Assembly (NCBI GenBank): GCA_002104905.1
Contig: MCFE01000426.1
Coordinates: forward strand, 1-64,000
From: Basidiobolus meristosporus CBS 931.73
Lineage: Eukaryota; Fungi; Basidiobolomycota
DNA: 64,000 nt
Direction of reading: 5' to 3'
Below are positions 1 through 12,373 of this stretch, piece by piece. The notes under the pieces were generated by a model. The model saw nothing but the letters and a program-made list of their open reading frames with translations, was not told the DNA's origin and ran no database searches. The first letter of the stretch is position 1. Each line of letters starts with the position of its first letter. A program made the translations under genes and the position numbers.

Positions 1-1130
1 GCTCCGCTCATTACGATTCTCTGTGTTTGTTACCACCCCAACATCAAGGAGAGGTTCCAAGACTCCATTATTCCTGACTCGAGTTGTAATAAGCAATGGT
101 ATGTCTTCTTGGAAATTTTGCACGTTAATATCTATCTCCTCCACCGCAAATACTGTTGACACCAGTTCTTCTCCGCCATGCTGCAAGGCAAGATGCAACG
201 CGAACTCTTGCTGATCATCGCGTTGGTTGATATCAACCTCTTCCTCCAGAATGCTCACCAGGCTTGCGCAGCCTTTCGCACAAGCCCAGTGCAGCAGTGC
301 TCTTCTCCAAATTATTGGAAGCGTTTCGATGGGTTCCGTGAAACTATCCACCAACATGGTTGCGTTCTCCGCATTTCCGAACATCACTTCTACTAATGTC
401 ATTACTTCACGAGAGATCGCAATATCCTCCTTAGCCATAAGATGTACCATCTTCTTGGCATATTCGTACGAGGAATACTTCGCTTTAGCCACTTGGCTAT
501 TTAGATAACTCATAATGACACCCAACAGCTCTTTTGCCCAACTACAAGACTGTAGCCTTAAGATCACTTCCTGTATGTTGATGCCATCGTCTGGATTGAC
601 CTGTGTACATGCAGCAATCAGTTTTCGCATTTCGTGGGGCCAATCCAGTTCCCAACATCTTGGAATTCGCATACTTTACGCCACCAACGTAGTCGGCTAT
701 TTTTGGCTCCATGTCATCATCTACCACTATACTAGAGAGACTCAATCCATCATGGATCATTCCTGCCTCTAGAGGCTTCTGTCTAGAATAATCTGGAAGC
801 CCTTCTGGCCTACTGCTTTAATGAACTCATCCAACGCCAGACCCCATATATCGCACGTAACCAGTCAAATCAGCGAGCCGCCTCCTTCCCCATCGCCCTC
901 GATTAAGCGCAGCGGTAGGAATAATCCGTCAATGGCCAGCCCTGTCCGCCTTAACACCTTGGCCTTAGCTTCATTCGTATTGATGCTGCTGGGGTCTACT
1001 TCTATGATGGATCCCTCTACGGATTTTCTCTTCTCCACCCCCCAACAACCACCTCTACAGAACTTATATCTGCTCTTTGGATATTTATGGGCGCTACTAG
1101 GTGTTCTTGCGGCAACGTCTTCACAGCTGA
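1..1130 (-). pseudogene. Degenerate protein-kinase-like + ankyrin-repeat gene (runs off window start)
   Basis: The minus frame is open from ATG 672 to base 1 (224 codons, not in the ORF track): MRIPRCWELDWPHEMRKLIAACTQVNPDD...LLHWACAKGCASLVSILEEEVDINQRDDQQEFALHLALQHGGEELVSTVFAVEEIDINVQN, i.e. ankyrin repeats. Upstream, in other frames separated by stops, are kinase-like fragments: RGGCWGV..EAKAKVLRR and IHDGLSLSSIVVDDDMEPKIADY. Confidence 0.6.
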
Positions 1131-2076
1131 GGGGGATTTGCTGATGATACAGAAGAAGTGGCCGCTATGCTTTTATGCATTCCGGATAGACAATCATTCG
1201 ACTGGATTGAGATTTCGAATGATCATCCCGCCAGTATCCGACCAGTAGCTTCAGTGTTTTCCCCCAGAGTGGCGCAGCCATAGATCTGGGAATGGCTGGC
1301 GACTAGTACATATCCAAAGGAGCCAACTATTTACAGCAATATCATGTCTACTCTTGGGAAATCAGGGGCATATGTGAGCCACATCCACAAGATACTGGCT
1401 TTAGGTCTGTCCCGTCATTGTCATCGTGGCAGACATTACAATAATTCATGAGTCTTTATTAACCCTATGCGCATTTGGATCTTTATGATAGGGTGAGCCT
1501 GTAATTGCAGTTAAAATCATGAAGCAGACGCTCTGCTCCACCTAACCTGCCAACCAAATTTTCAATTAGCTCCACTGACCACTATACAGCACTTGATTTA
1601 ATTGTTTACTTGTAGCATTCCAAGAGATATGGGGGAGATTACAATATATGTACAATATCAGAAGCAAAAGACAAACTGCAAGACCACAAGTGTGCATCCC
1701 CAGACAGGTTTTCCAGTACAGTGCCCAGGAGCAATGAAAAATTAGCAGTAGCCAAAACAGGAAACTCAAGTCCCATAGCCTATTTTGCTGAGGTAGCAAT
1801 GAAAGGAGAGCAACACCAGATTGGAAGAACTTGAATACTTGGTGATCAAACCCAGAGGATTGTTGTGAGTATCGGATGTGGCCAATATGTAAAATCCATC
1901 AAATCAATCTTGATGTTAGCGACGGCTAAATATGCCATATTTAGTAGGATAATCCGCATCCATCACGCTTAAACATTGTGCAATTATCCGATGGAATTAA
2001 GTATAAAGTCCACGGATCAGAATGAATTTTTCACTAAATCAATCTCGAAATTTACATACACTACCACAACACAACT

Positions 2077-2958
2077 ATGCCAGCTCGGAGATTCATTACA
2101 AAAGTTGTGAAGGCTATTGCAAAATCGGAGGGGGATGGTGCTCGAGTAAGAAGGAGCATTGGCACCAACAAGCTTAGGAATTTTGACCCATTCTTGATGT
2201 TGGACGAATTTATGGTAGAACCCCCGGCTGGCTTCCCAGACCATCCTCACCGTGGCTTTGAGACGGTCACATACATGCTCGAGGGTATCGTAGCCCATGA
2301 AGACTTTGCCGGACACCAGGGAAAGATAGGTCCAGGCGATCTGCAATGGATGACTGCCGGCCGTGGTATCGTTCACGCTGAAATGCCGCAAACAAAATGT
2401 CGAGGTCTCCAACTATGGGTGAACCTAAGCGCTGCTGAGAAGATGTGCGAACCGCGTTATCAAGAACTACTGGATAAGGACATCCCTAGAGTATCGCCTC
2501 CAGGTGCGCGGGCCGTCATCAAAGTCATATCCGGGCACTCTTTTGGAACCACTAGCCCTGTAGTCACCAAAACCCCGACAATGTATTTGGACTTGAAGGT
2601 TGAGAAGCACGTAAAATTCGAGCATCCCATCCCAAAGAACTATCAGGGCTTTCTGTACATTCTACAGGGTGAAGGATACTTTGGATCTGAGGGCACGCTT
2701 GGTCAGGCACATCATACGTTGACTCTGAGCGAAGATGGCGACATGATCAGTATAGAAACCAGAGATAGTGCCGTTCACTTTGTACTTGTAGCTGGAGAGC
2801 CCATCAAAGAGCCCATTGTCCAACATGGGCCATTTGTTATGAACCATTCGAGTGACATTTCTCAGACATTTGCTGACTATAGTATGGGGGTTAACGGCTT
2901 TGAGAGAGCCCGGACATGGCGCTCGAAGATCGGGAACCTCCATCAGAATAGAATGTAA
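2077..2958 (+). CDS. Pirin-like bicupin protein
   Basis: Intronless 293-aa ORF with pirin motifs DPFLMLDEF, GFPDHPHRGFETVTY, QWMTAGRGIVHAEMP, QLWVNL and EPIVQHGPFVMN. Confidence 0.95.
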   Translation: MPARRFITKVVKAIAKSEGDGARVRRSIGTNKLRNFDPFLMLDEFMVEPPAGFPDHPHRGFETVTYMLEGIVAHEDFAGHQGKIGPGDLQWMTAGRGIVHAEMPQTKCRGLQLWVNLSAAEKMCEPRYQELLDKDIPRVSPPGARAVIKVISGHSFGTTSPVVTKTPTMYLDLKVEKHVKFEHPIPKNYQGFLYILQGEGYFGSEGTLGQAHHTLTLSEDGDMISIETRDSAVHFVLVAGEPIKEPIVQHGPFVMNHSSDISQTFADYSMGVNGFERARTWRSKIGNLHQNRM

Positions 2959-3204
2959 TTGTATTTCTACTCTCCAACAAGCGACTCGCATAAAGAAGTG
3001 ATCTCTTATGTGTATTAGATATTTGCCTGGGAATAAACTAATATGACAAATTCGCCCATTGTCTTGTATGGGAAATTCCTGATCTAGTGAAAATTGAACA
3101 GGATAGTATAAGTTCACCTTAAGTGAATTGTTTAACACTCCATACTCCATAAGCTGTCGTTGGTATTATTCTGATCGTAGAACAAACTATATTTAAAAAC
3201 ATAA

Positions 3205-3276
3205 GGGCTCAACCGGGAATTGAACCCGGGACCTCCTCGACCCGAACGAGGAATCATACTACTAGACCATTGAGCC
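3205..3276 (-). tRNA. tRNA-Pro(CGG): tRNA-Pro (anticodon CGG), intronless, with atypical A at position 18
   Basis: Reverse complement GGCTCAATGGTCTAGTAGTATGATTCCTCGTTCGGGTCGAGGAGGTCCCGGGTTCAATTCCCGGTTGAGCCC folds as a cloverleaf: acceptor GGCTCAA/TTGAGCC, anticodon stem CCTCG/CGAGG with loop TT-CGG-GT, T-loop GGTTCAATTCC. A T5 run lies just downstream (+3195-3199). Confidence 0.93.
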
Positions 3277-4363
3277 AGTTACTTTGCTATAATAGTGTTA
3301 TGAATCAAGGGTAAACGGAGAAGGATCGGAGGATATTCAATAATAATCGGAGAGGATTATCTTGAATGATTGATGAACCGGTAAAAGGTTGATGCTTTAT
3401 TGATAGTGTACATGGGCTAATAAGAACGCCCTTATCTGGAACACTCCCAAGCCAACGTGCAGTATTCAAACTTCTCTGGATACCCTAGCCACAACACCTC
3501 TCCCCTTGAACATCGCGACACTTGGAACACAACCCTGACTTCTATTATATTCCTGATTATTCGTATAGTAAACTATTCTGTAACATTGTCGAAGTATTCG
3601 AAATGGTGAAGTACTTACGCCTTGTCATATCAAACCTTGTCCACTATCACATTTATGCGGCGTGGTTTATAATGTGATAGCAGCTTCGCATTGCTACTTG
3701 ATATACCCCGCCAAGTACATTAAGTCAACTGTATAGTATATCTGTTGGGAGATATCATCCAGAGTTTAGGTTGTACCTACTTGCTACTCCAACTACCAAT
3801 GCCAAGAAAAATCACACTGAATGGCAGTTGTAACGACTGTGAATTACCAAGCAGCTCTACCCATTGCTCTCACTTTCTCATATTCGAGTATGGAGTTTTG
3901 ACAAATCCACCATCACTCTGAGGTGGTTATCCCTGAGCTTGGAAGTGTGGTTATACATGAATCAAATACAAGAATAACGGGACTTATATTAAGTATAAAG
4001 ATGTGTCCAAAGGCTCGGTCTCATCAGTATCGCTTCAAGATTTAGCAGATAATCATTCTCCAAATAAATAAATCTCTACTAAATTGACCAATTTTTTAGA
4101 ACAAAAACAATAGATTGGCCAGCCCCATATTCTTAACACAATGGCAGCGAATACCTATGAGAAAAGGCATGGTATGGAAAAAAAATAGATGCTGAAATAT
4201 GGAAGTAATATGGCGTATTGAGTGGAAAGTACGTTTTCGCCTACTGGCCTATTATAATAAAGCATCTGAAAGATAAATGTAAATACAGAAATAGATTGTG
4301 GAAGGAAGAATAGGGAAACGTCTCTGTGTGACCGATTATATACTAGTTAGGTGACTCATGGCC

Positions 4364-4415
4364 AACTAATAAGAACAGTTGAACGTAGGCTAACTAATAA
4401 GAACAGTTGAACGTA
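4364..4415. repeat. 24-bp exact direct repeat, 2 copies, period 28
   Basis: AACTAATAAGAACAGTTGAACGTA at 4364-4387 and 4392-4415. Confidence 0.9.
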
Positions 4416-4633
4416 ACACCCGTGGGTAAAGAGACTCAACTCTATATGGGAGATTTTTAGAATAACGAATTGGGAATTATGGTGGCCATTGATATTTATT
4501 GGTGTATTTGACGATTAGAGTAGGAAAATCAACATCCTGGAAAGAGGTATTAGTAGGGCTAGAATTAGTATGAAGGGTGTTTCAATCGAACCAGATGTCG
4601 AATGCAAAAGTGAATATGCTGCATGAATCAATT

Positions 4634-5596
4634 CTACAAAGAGGCGAGAGATGCCAAAATACCAACTCCAGCCATTACTAATGCAGGAATAGCCTGCGTT
4701 GCGGAGTTTTTGGATTGGCTATCAACCTTGTAGCTGACACTGTTTGGACCGCTATTGTCCTTCTCTTCCTTGTACATTGGATATTTGTGATTCAAGCATT
4801 CAGCAACAGTAACAATTTTAAATCCCTTAGCACGGATGGCTTGGATGACTTGAAGCGTACGGTTTACAGAGAATTGATGAATATCATGCTGCAGGGAAAT
4901 AAAGCTGTCTGTAGCAACATTCGCAATATCAACCTTGGCCTTTACGTTGGCAACCAAGGTGTCGTGAAGGTGTGGAGTTGTGACGTACTGCCAATCTACG
5001 TATTGGATTAGTAAGAACCAAGCAATCATTCAATGCACGCTTGCCAAGCCTACCATTAGAGTCAACATTCCAGCTAATGATGTGATATTTCATCTCCTCC
5101 ATAACCTTTTGGCAGTTGGCGTTACAGTTTCCAAAGGGCGGTCGCATGTAGTTTGGCGAGACGCCAGTAACACCTTTAATGGCTGTCTCAGCTGATGTCA
5201 TTTGTTGGCGGATCTGATCAGCGGTCATATCGTTTAGAGAGCTGTGTGTATGTGTATGTGAAGCAATTTGGTGTCCCTCGTCATAGGCCTGCTTCAGGAA
5301 GTGTGAAAAACGGGTATCTTGTGCTTGAACACCAAGACTAAAGAAGGTCGCTTTGATATCCTCTTTCTTCAGTAGGGCAAGGAGGTCGCCAGTTGGAGCA
5401 CCAGGACCTACGATACAGCCATTAGTAATCCGCCTCAACGTTGTGAAAGAACCATGTAGTCCTCACCGTCATCGAACGTCAAGGCAAATAGTCCAGGTTT
5501 GTCGCATTTTTTGATAATATTGACTCCGTCATCCTGCGCGACAGTACAGCCGATAAACGCAGCAGCTAATAGAGCAATTTTCGTAACGGAAAGCAT
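4634..5596 (-). CDS. Chitin/polysaccharide deacetylase (CE4, NodB domain), signal peptide, probable GPI-anchor tail
   Basis: Spliced with introns 5408-5466 and 4996-5053: MLSVTKIALLAAAFIGCTVAQ...ALTFDDG|PG...GHQIASHTHTH...YMRPPFG...WNVDSND|WQY...SFISLQHD. The C-terminus is a Ser/Asn-rich linker followed by a hydrophobic tail (NSATQAIPALVMAGVGILASLASL). Confidence 0.93.
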
Positions 5597-6470
5597 TGTG
5601 CGATCGAAATTTCGGTGGAAGGGAAGTCAAACACCTTTAGCTCGAAGCCGGCCACTGGATGGCCCTTTATATATAGCCCAGCTCCCCTGGTATTACAACG
5701 AGCTAATATAAGTAAGGTTCCTTAAATTATATTAGAGTCACATTTGCAGAACCAATGTGCGTCATATCAAAACGGTATTCCAACTATCTAGATTAAGATA
5801 TGTACGCCCCAGATTAGATCCCTAGAATAAAGTACGAGCTGCTCTGTTATCCGGCTCCTGTCATAAATACATCAGAAATCCAATTTTAATATAAGCATTG
5901 CGCTCCTGCGGAAGATTCCATGTACTTCGGTGTGCATCCCCAGTAAATAAGAGACATAATCTGTAGCTCAGACTAGCCCCAATATCAAAACTTAGGGTTT
6001 TAAGCTTATTATTGTGGGACAAAGGTAGGACTGGTCCCCAGAACCTTGCCGTGCAACCGAGGCGCCAGGTTGTATGTTCTCCTGATATGGACAAGCCAAC
6101 GAAATACACATATAACTATGTTGCTTAAAATGACGTTAAACTCCTCTCGCTGAGTACGTAATTTTCTATCAAACAATCTCTATTTTTAAACGATATATAT
6201 TTAGCACGCAGTAATCGCGATTGATTATTGGGCAGTGGATACTGGCTGCTCATCAGAACCAGGTGTATGGTCAATGGAGTGAAATGTGTATTGCTGGATC
6301 AGTTGTATTTGTTGCTGAATTTGATTTTGGTGAAGGCGCGAAAGCTTATTGATGTGTCTTGTTTATAGATGGCTCATTGCTTTGATTTCTACTAAACAGC
6401 ATTTTGATCCTTGTTTACTTGCATATAATACTCCATACACTGTAGTCTCTAAACACAGCTCTGTCTTAAA

Positions 6471-9400
6471 ATGTCCAAGATTGATCTTGCTGAGATAGAT
6501 TCTGCTACGAAGCCAACCACCCTTTCGGTCGTGACCGAATTCTCAGATCCTCTTGAAGCAATACGCACATGGCTACCTTCTCAGCTTTCCGATCTCACAT
6601 CCACGCAATTGACCCTCCTTGTTCTTGCCGTCATTTTTTTGCTACTATCAAGGCTTCAAATAACTGTTTTAACCTTGCTCGGCGGCTTTGTCTTCGGATA
6701 TATTTATGCGGTGCCTTCGAATCAAATTCTGAATAGTACGATACTTTCAAAATTTAGCGTCTTTGATACAGATAATTCTATAGATGACACCAAGGTTCGT
6801 GTTTAGTACCTGCATAACCCCCCCTTAATGTATGCTCACGATATTTACAAAGGACGTAGATGGCTTGAAGTCACGAACGCAGTTGAATATCTCTCCCCAG
6901 ATAGACAGTTCCTTGGATAGACTCTTCACTTATTTTATACGGGATTTTATCCTCCACTGGTTTGAACCCTTGAATATGTCGAAGAATTCGGAATTTGAGT
7001 TGAACGTCAGAAATTCGCTTGATACTGCGGCTATGAATTTCGCAGAATATGCACGCAACGATAGTGTTGATATGTCGCTTCTGTTCTTTTATGCCGTCTC
7101 ACATACCTTAATAGTTCACGTGGTAAAGTGCGAAAACAATCGATAGTTACGAAGAAATACTTACGCTTCAATATAGCGTGAATATCGAAGATTCGAGGCA
7201 TCATCTCTACCATTGGATAAATACCTATTGGAAAATCCGCAATCACCATTTAGCCAGATGCATGAGTATCAGGTTCAAGTGAAGCACCTGGAAAAGCTCT
7301 CCAAAATCATGTTGACCAAGCTTTTACCGAAGAGGGATGTGGCCAGCCCATGCTTGGTCGCGCTCTTTACCGAGATTGTTACTACTAGCACGATCGATCC
7401 TACGCTTGATGCGTTTAGCGATCCCGATCGTATCAATCAACTGATTATCTCCTACCTCAAGACTGAAGATCGCCACACTCTCTCGTCTAGCGCGAGTAAT
7501 GAGCAGGAGGAGTACGAGCGCCTCAAGGCTTGTGGTGACAAAGTCCTACGAATCAAAGGTATTGATATGAGAATTATGTAGATACACCATCCCCATACTA
7601 AAGAGATGCCATCATCAAGTTGTTGAAGCCCGGCAGATATGTCGTACGGAGTCCTACGGTATGCCTCAAGCATCATCGTCTACTATATGGAGCCTAGTAA
7701 TAATCAATATACTCTTTCAGGCTTGTATTGCACCTTGATCTTTGGGAAAACAAAACGGAAGACCAAATTCGTCAAACCCGATTCCAATCCACTTTGGGGA
7801 GAAAGCTTCAATTTGTAATATAGAGCAATGGTTTCTGCCTCAACCAAGATCCATACGTTAACCAGCTCTTGGTCTTGTAGCACCTGGCCCGAATCGCCTG
7901 ACAAGAATTCGGCAGCCATCACTCTGGAGCTTGACGGAAGAATTATGTTTCCCAAGGGTAACCTGGAACGGCGCATACTACTTTAAGAGCCAGGCCTAAC
8001 TCGTTCATATCTAGATACGGTTCTTGGGAAAGTCAGCATCCCCAGGGAAGAAATAGTTGCAAAGCCTTGTACCCGATCCTGGTTCACCCTCCAGTCTACT
8101 TCTTCTAAAGGCGAGCCTTGCGGTGAAGTGTTGTTGGAGATTGACGTGATTGATGTAAGTAGTATCAGCACTCTATCAGCCAGCTGTGTATGCTCATGCG
8201 CTGCCTAGATCCTGGAGTTGGCATCCATTGCTACCACTCAGCAGCGTGAAACGGCCAATGGCGTGGACGAAGAATTTTTTCAACAGTACCCACTTACTCT
8301 GAATGACGTTCTACGCAACGACAAAGGATTCCTTGAGTTTATGCAGTTCATGGAGGATATCCAGGCCCCACCATTCTTGCAATTCTGGATGAATGCCGAA
8401 AGCTTCTTTCAATCATCCGCGCACAGCAACCCCGAATTGATGAAGCAAGATGCTGAAATGATCTCCAAGCTTCATCTCAGTGATGAGGCCAAGCACCGAG
8501 TGCCAATTGATTCTGAGTTGTTGGAGGAGATTGGTCATGAAATTGGGAGCGGAAATGTCACAGCCAACTGCTTTGTCAAGGCACAGGCATATGTGTTTGA
8601 CATCATGGAATCTCCTTTCTTCAGAGAATTCCGACACAGTGATCTCTTCAAGAAGTATTGTCTAGATACACGTAGCACTGAGGTTAGCAGCAACAAGAAG
8701 TCCGGCGAAAGGGAAAGATTGGAAGAAAAAGAATCGGAGATAGACTCTTCAAAGCAGATTCTTGATGACATGGTTCAGGCTACAGAGCCGGAGGAGGAGT
8801 CGGAGAATCAAGCCATCAAAAGGTGCAGGTCAATGGCGTCTTTCCCTACATCAGGGAAGGACAGACTGGATGAGATGAACGGCTCCGATATCGGCCAAGA
8901 TCCTACTAGACGCAATCGCTCGATGAGTGATATCACCACCACTCATCTGGCCCGGGAGCCGTTCAGGAAGTCGACCGTCGTTAATGAAGCATTGATTGAG
9001 AAAGATGATGTGGAAGGGGGCCCTCAAGACGACAATGGTGAAGGAGGAGGAATGAAGTTTTTGACCGCGGCCATTACATCGCTCAGAGAGCAATTGATTG
9101 TCACGGAGGATTTGATTGAACAAGCTTCCAGTAAAGAGCCGGCAAAACTCAAGTCATTGACTCACAATCGGGAGGATTTGCAACGCCAGGTTAATCAGCT
9201 GGTCGATATGGCTCGCGACTTTGCTGAAGAAGAGGACAAACACATGGGAACCGGTATAATCGATTTGAAGGGGATAATTGCCAAGGTGACTGATGCTTCA
9301 AGGCCCTCCAGTATCGGCCCTAACTTGGTCCAATCTCTTGCTCCAGGAAAGTCACTGCTCTTTGTGATCGAGCTAGAAAGATCTAAATCAAGTGGTGGTT

Positions 9401-10626
9401 GGATGATCACCCGGAATTTCTCGGATTTTACGAACCTCCACTTGACTTTGAAAGAACAATTTCCCAAGGTGGATAAAATCAAATTCCCCAGCCGTCAGAG
9501 ATTTGCTTCCAACAATCAGAAGCTATGTGTCGAGTTGGAGCGGTATCTGTCAATGCTGCTTTCAGATATGCTACTATGTGAGAGTAAGCCTCTACAGACC
9601 TTCCTACAACCTGATTCAGTGCTTGCCACAAACGAGAACCGCGACATTGCAGATGAAATGATGGATGCGTTCAAGTCCGCCGCCAACCTTGTGAAGATTC
9701 CGTTCGTAGATGCCAACAAAGCTAGTATCTTTAGATCAAAGACCGAGGTTTTGTCGACATCCACCATGGATCCGCTTAGCAACGACGTATCATCCCCACA
9801 ACGTGTTAGTTTTGATTCATATCTGTATAGCGACGAGGCAAAGTCAGTAACCTCGCTACAAAAAGCTGGCAAGGCAGCATCCAAATTAGCGCTTGCAACT
9901 AAAGATTCTGGCTCGGAAATAAGCCTTGTCCTCGACCCAGAGCAGATGGAAGAAGTCGACACGACAGGCTCAGATGCTAATAATGACTCCACTTCTGCCG
10001 TAGTTGATACAAGTTCGTGTACTCCCACTGAGCAGGTAGAGGATGCTCGGGACGTGCAACCACATGGAATGGACCAGTCAATTTCCAAGCAAAGCGATTC
10101 AGCCGACATAGAGAAAGCGACGTTAAAGGATCTTTCCGTAGACGAAGTAGACGTGCTTATTGAAACGTTCTTCGCGTTGGTAGAGGAGATATTTGAAATG
10201 GCCGAAGGAAAGCAATGGTTCCGTCGAAAGGCGCTTAACCTTTTCAAGCAGATCTTGCGACAATCGTACGGTAAAACGATTAATCGAGCATTTCTGGATT
10301 ACCTCGAAAAAACCATCTCTGAAGAGAGCGTGGTAAGTACCATTGACGCCGTAACCGATACTCTTTGGCCTGATGGTGAGTGGCCTCTGGAGCAACCGAA
10401 AGCTAGAGACGATGATGAAAAGCAAGCGACAAAAATCGAGGCGAAGGTGTTATTCGTGAATAACCTGCCGGATACCATCATCAGAATGGTTGGCGAGTAC
10501 AATGCAGCTCAGGGAGCCACTCGATTGTTCAACATGCTTCAATACAAAGAATTGACCAAGGTGCTCCTGATCAAGATTCTCGAAGCTTGGGTCAAGCTGC
10601 TGTTTGCTGAGAACAAAGAGCACTAA
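6471..10626 (+). CDS. Mdm1/SNX13-14-like sorting nexin (TM-PXA-C2-RGS-PX-Nexin_C), multi-exon
   Basis: N-terminal hydrophobic hairpin. PXA: LDRLFTYFIRDFILHWFEPL. RGS: LNDVLRNDKGFLEFMQFM...LQFWMNAESF. PX: WMITRNFSDFTNLHLTLKEQFP. Nexin_C: LIETFFALVEEIFEM...QWFRRKALNLFKQIL...LWPDG. C2-like exons lie at ~7540-8155. Confidence 0.88.
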
Positions 10627-10856
10627 TTTGCATTTCGATCTGCCTTATTTTTCTACCTGTAATAAATACTTTGTAAATGTTCGAATTTCATCAAGATCCT
10701 ATTTTGGCTATTTGGATGATGGGTGATGGGTCGCATTTTACCAGTTTAGCTGAAGCTTAAATATTATTTGGCCGAATTCTAGAGGCTTGGGCTAATACGG
10801 GTCAGCACATTCTCCTCGAAACCTCAACTTATTTTCACTTTGAAGAACCTTTAGAA

Positions 10857-12297
10857 ATGTCGGAAGGTAAAAACGACTGACCATAATTTGCCTACGATAA
10901 ATATGTACTGTGATACTTTATTAATACAAGTGCCTTGAAGGAAATTTTGACGTTGAAAAATACTACCACGATCTTTTGAAAAACAATTCGGTAAGCCAAA
11001 GCGTTCGTTCCTCTGGTGAAGTGGCCCTTCATTTACAACGGCCTCTTCTGTAGGAGCTGTCCATGCCGGTTGCAGCTATTCAGGCTCTGGTTGAAGTTAT
11101 CAAGCATGAAAAAGGTTGTTTCCAGCAGTAATAGACTACAACGAACAATGGACTGACCGAATGTTATGAAGCGTCAACCATGTCGGAGTTTATGAAAGTG
11201 CTCGAAGAAGCCAGTCAAAAACTGAGATCCTCTACCCGAAATTTCATCTCCTTGGCAGCAGGGTGCGACCTGTATATGCGTTTCGTAACTAGGACTATTC
11301 ATGACCTTTCGGTAAACGCAAAGGAATCACTACTATGAGAAGAAGCAACCCTCTCAAGTGAGATTGATTTTAGGATTTTGAAGCGTGCAGAGACCATTTG
11401 ATTGAGCGCGGGAAAGCCTTTTTCGAGAGGGCAGCCAACTGTCGACAAGATATTGCAATCATTGGCAGCCAATTTATCCGAGATGATGCGGCAAGTCTAG
11501 CCCACTTTTATTGAAACTCCCATATAGCGACGACTAATTGCCAAGTAGACCATCTTGATCCATGCATCTTCTAGAGTTGTTATGGCGTTGCTTTTACATG
11601 CAGCGTCGCTCAAAAAGCGCTTCAAGGTCTACGTAACCGAATCCCGTCCTTCCGGCTCAGGGTAATACCCACTCAAGCTATGCTACCAACGGATTCTTAC
11701 ACTTCTATTAGGGTCCGAGTTGCAAAGAGCCTCAGAGAAGCAGGCATCCCAGCTACGGTAGTCTTGGATTCGGCAGCTGGATATATCATGGAGAAGGTGG
11801 ATTTGGTGCTGGTTGGAGCCGAGGGGGTGGTTGAAAATGGAGGAGTGATCAATCAAGTAATTTGCAGACATTGTTGAGTTCCAAGACGTAGTCTGAACTT
11901 GCATTAATAGATTGGCACCTATCAATTGGCAATCATGGCCAAGGCCGCCAACAAACCATTCTATGTTGTGGCTGAAAGGTGAGGGTCAGTCATTTGCCTC
12001 CAGATCTCACACTTACATCCTTTCAGCTTTAAGTTTGTGCGGCTTTACCCACTGAGCCAATACGACCTCCCAACCGATACTTTCTCGGCCCTTGAGCCAA
12101 CTGAATCCTGCAACGAGAGTATCGAGGTATTACCACCCTGTCTTCAAACTATTATCCGTATTGTTTCCTAACATTCCTTGCCGAAGACTCCATATGTTGA
12201 CTATACTCCGCCAGAATACATAACACTGTTGTTTACTGATCTAGGTGTTCTCACCCCAAGTGGAGTAAGTGATGAGTTGATCAAGCTCCATTATTAG
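10857..12297 (+). CDS. GCN3: Translation initiation factor eIF2B alpha subunit, multi-exon
   Basis: Exons read [70 protein letters not shown] and [33 protein letters not shown]. Confidence 0.96.
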
Positions 12298-12373
12298 ACA
12301 TTCACGGGAAATGTGCTTTTAAGTCATCATTCGTGAATAAACCAAAATCCCCGTGCTTTTATTTGTGTTCTTG

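Noticed and set aside
3277-4350. Possible tRNA-targeted retroelement remnant upstream of tRNA-Pro
   Set aside because: No LTR, PBS, RT, integrase or target-site duplication detectable by eye.
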